Positions 1 to 383 of a DNA stretch of 383 bases are shown piece after piece. This DNA comes from Escherichia coli (GTDB lineage: Bacteria; Pseudomonadota; Gammaproteobacteria; Enterobacterales; Enterobacteriaceae): assembly GCF_003334335.1 (NCBI RefSeq), contig NZ_QOWQ01000200.1, one strand, 5' to 3'. The translations under genes were made by a program, and so were the position numbers. Position 1 is the stretch's first letter. Each line of letters opens with the position of its first letter. The notes beneath the pieces are model-generated. The model was not told the origin of the DNA, did not search any database, and saw only the letters and a list, made by a program, of their open reading frames with translations.

Positions 1-383
1 TGTGCCAGCGCCTGGCGTGCCGGTGGCGGCAGAATCAGCGACTGCATGGCATCACGCTTTTCCTCAATCCGGTCAAAAACCCCCACCACCTCGTAAGCCC
101 CTTCAATAACTTTCTCCACCACATTTCCCCGGTGCGGAACACGCACTTCCCCCAGAGACTGACCACAGACGCATCCGTTCTGACAGACGAACCTGAAGTA
201 ACCCGGCAGCATCTGGTAGCTGGAGGTACCGTCATGGGAGTTGAGCAGAATGATTTCAGGGACATGTTCTCCGTTTATCTCTCCGGCCCGCCGCAGACGC
301 AGCATATGTTTTGTGTATCCCCGGCGGCCCGGGTCGCGCACACGGGTCTGGCAGGCGAAGAATGGCTGAAAGCCTTCCCGCTG
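1..383 (-). CDS. Internal fragment of a DUF932-family (YfjQ-like) protein of unknown function; truncated at both window edges, with N-terminus beyond 383 and C-terminus beyond 1
   Basis: Seen in sequence: the minus-strand frame with codons starting at 383 (383-381, 380-378, ...) runs 127 codons to position 3 with no stop, while the other two minus-strand frames hit stops. The translation has normal globular-protein composition. Recognition from memory: motifs such as EGFQPFFACQ.RVRD, HMLRLRR, PEIILLNSHDG.SSYQM, GEVRVPH and VIEGAYEV.GVFD resemble E. coli YfjQ and its island paralogs. The frame is missing from the ORF track probably because it has no start or stop inside the window. Confidence 0.78.

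Noticed and set aside
75-84. A5C5 homopolymer pair (G5T5 on the coding strand) as a slipped-strand phase-variation tract
   Set aside because: Runs of 5 are too short for appreciable slippage and it simply encodes G-V-F in frame.
35-265. Track ORF (76 aa, minus strand) as a genuine small protein gene
   Set aside because: It is wholly embedded, out of frame, in a longer stop-free frame with recognisable family-like motifs, and its composition looks like off-frame translation.
303-305. Internal ATG codons in the main frame (complement of 303..305, 210..212 and 45..47) as possible starts
   Set aside because: The frame stays open upstream to the window edge, homologs as I recall them have about 60 or more residues N-terminal to the EGFQPFF motif, and no convincing Shine-Dalgarno sequence precedes any of them.
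283-333. GC-rich, CCGG-rich, partly self-complementary stretch (ccggcccgccg ... ccccggcggcccggg) as a terminator, hairpin or regulatory site
   Set aside because: The symmetry is imperfect, there is no downstream T-tract on either strand, and it lies inside the coding frame (encoding RDPGRRG and LRRAGE), so arginine/glycine codon choice explains it.
1-383. Plus-strand coding, tRNA/ncRNA, CRISPR repeats or IS terminal inverted repeats
   Set aside because: No long plus-strand ORF appears in the track, and I see no repeated spacer-repeat units, no cloverleaf-like stem arrangement and no terminal inverted repeats. The window is fully accounted for by one minus-strand coding frame.

Overview
The whole 383-bp window appears to be an internal fragment of one protein-coding gene on the minus strand. 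Translating the reverse complement from position 383 downward gives 127 codons with no stop: QREGFQPFFACQTRVRDPGRRGYTKHMLRLRRAGEINGEHVPEIILLNSHDGTSSYQMLPGYFRFVCQNGCVCGQSLGEVRVPHRGNVVEKVIEGAYEVVGVFDRIEEKRDAMQSLILPPPARQALA. From memory, not a database search, this matches the middle of the YfjQ-like DUF932 family of uncharacterised proteins found in enterobacterial prophage-remnant and integrative islands such as CP4-57. The gene is truncated at both window edges. The single ORF in the supplied track (35..265, minus) is in a different frame and looks like a shadow ORF, not a gene. I see no RNA gene, CRISPR array, IS end, promoter or terminator. The window is too short to show a system; the interesting biology would lie in the flanking sequence.
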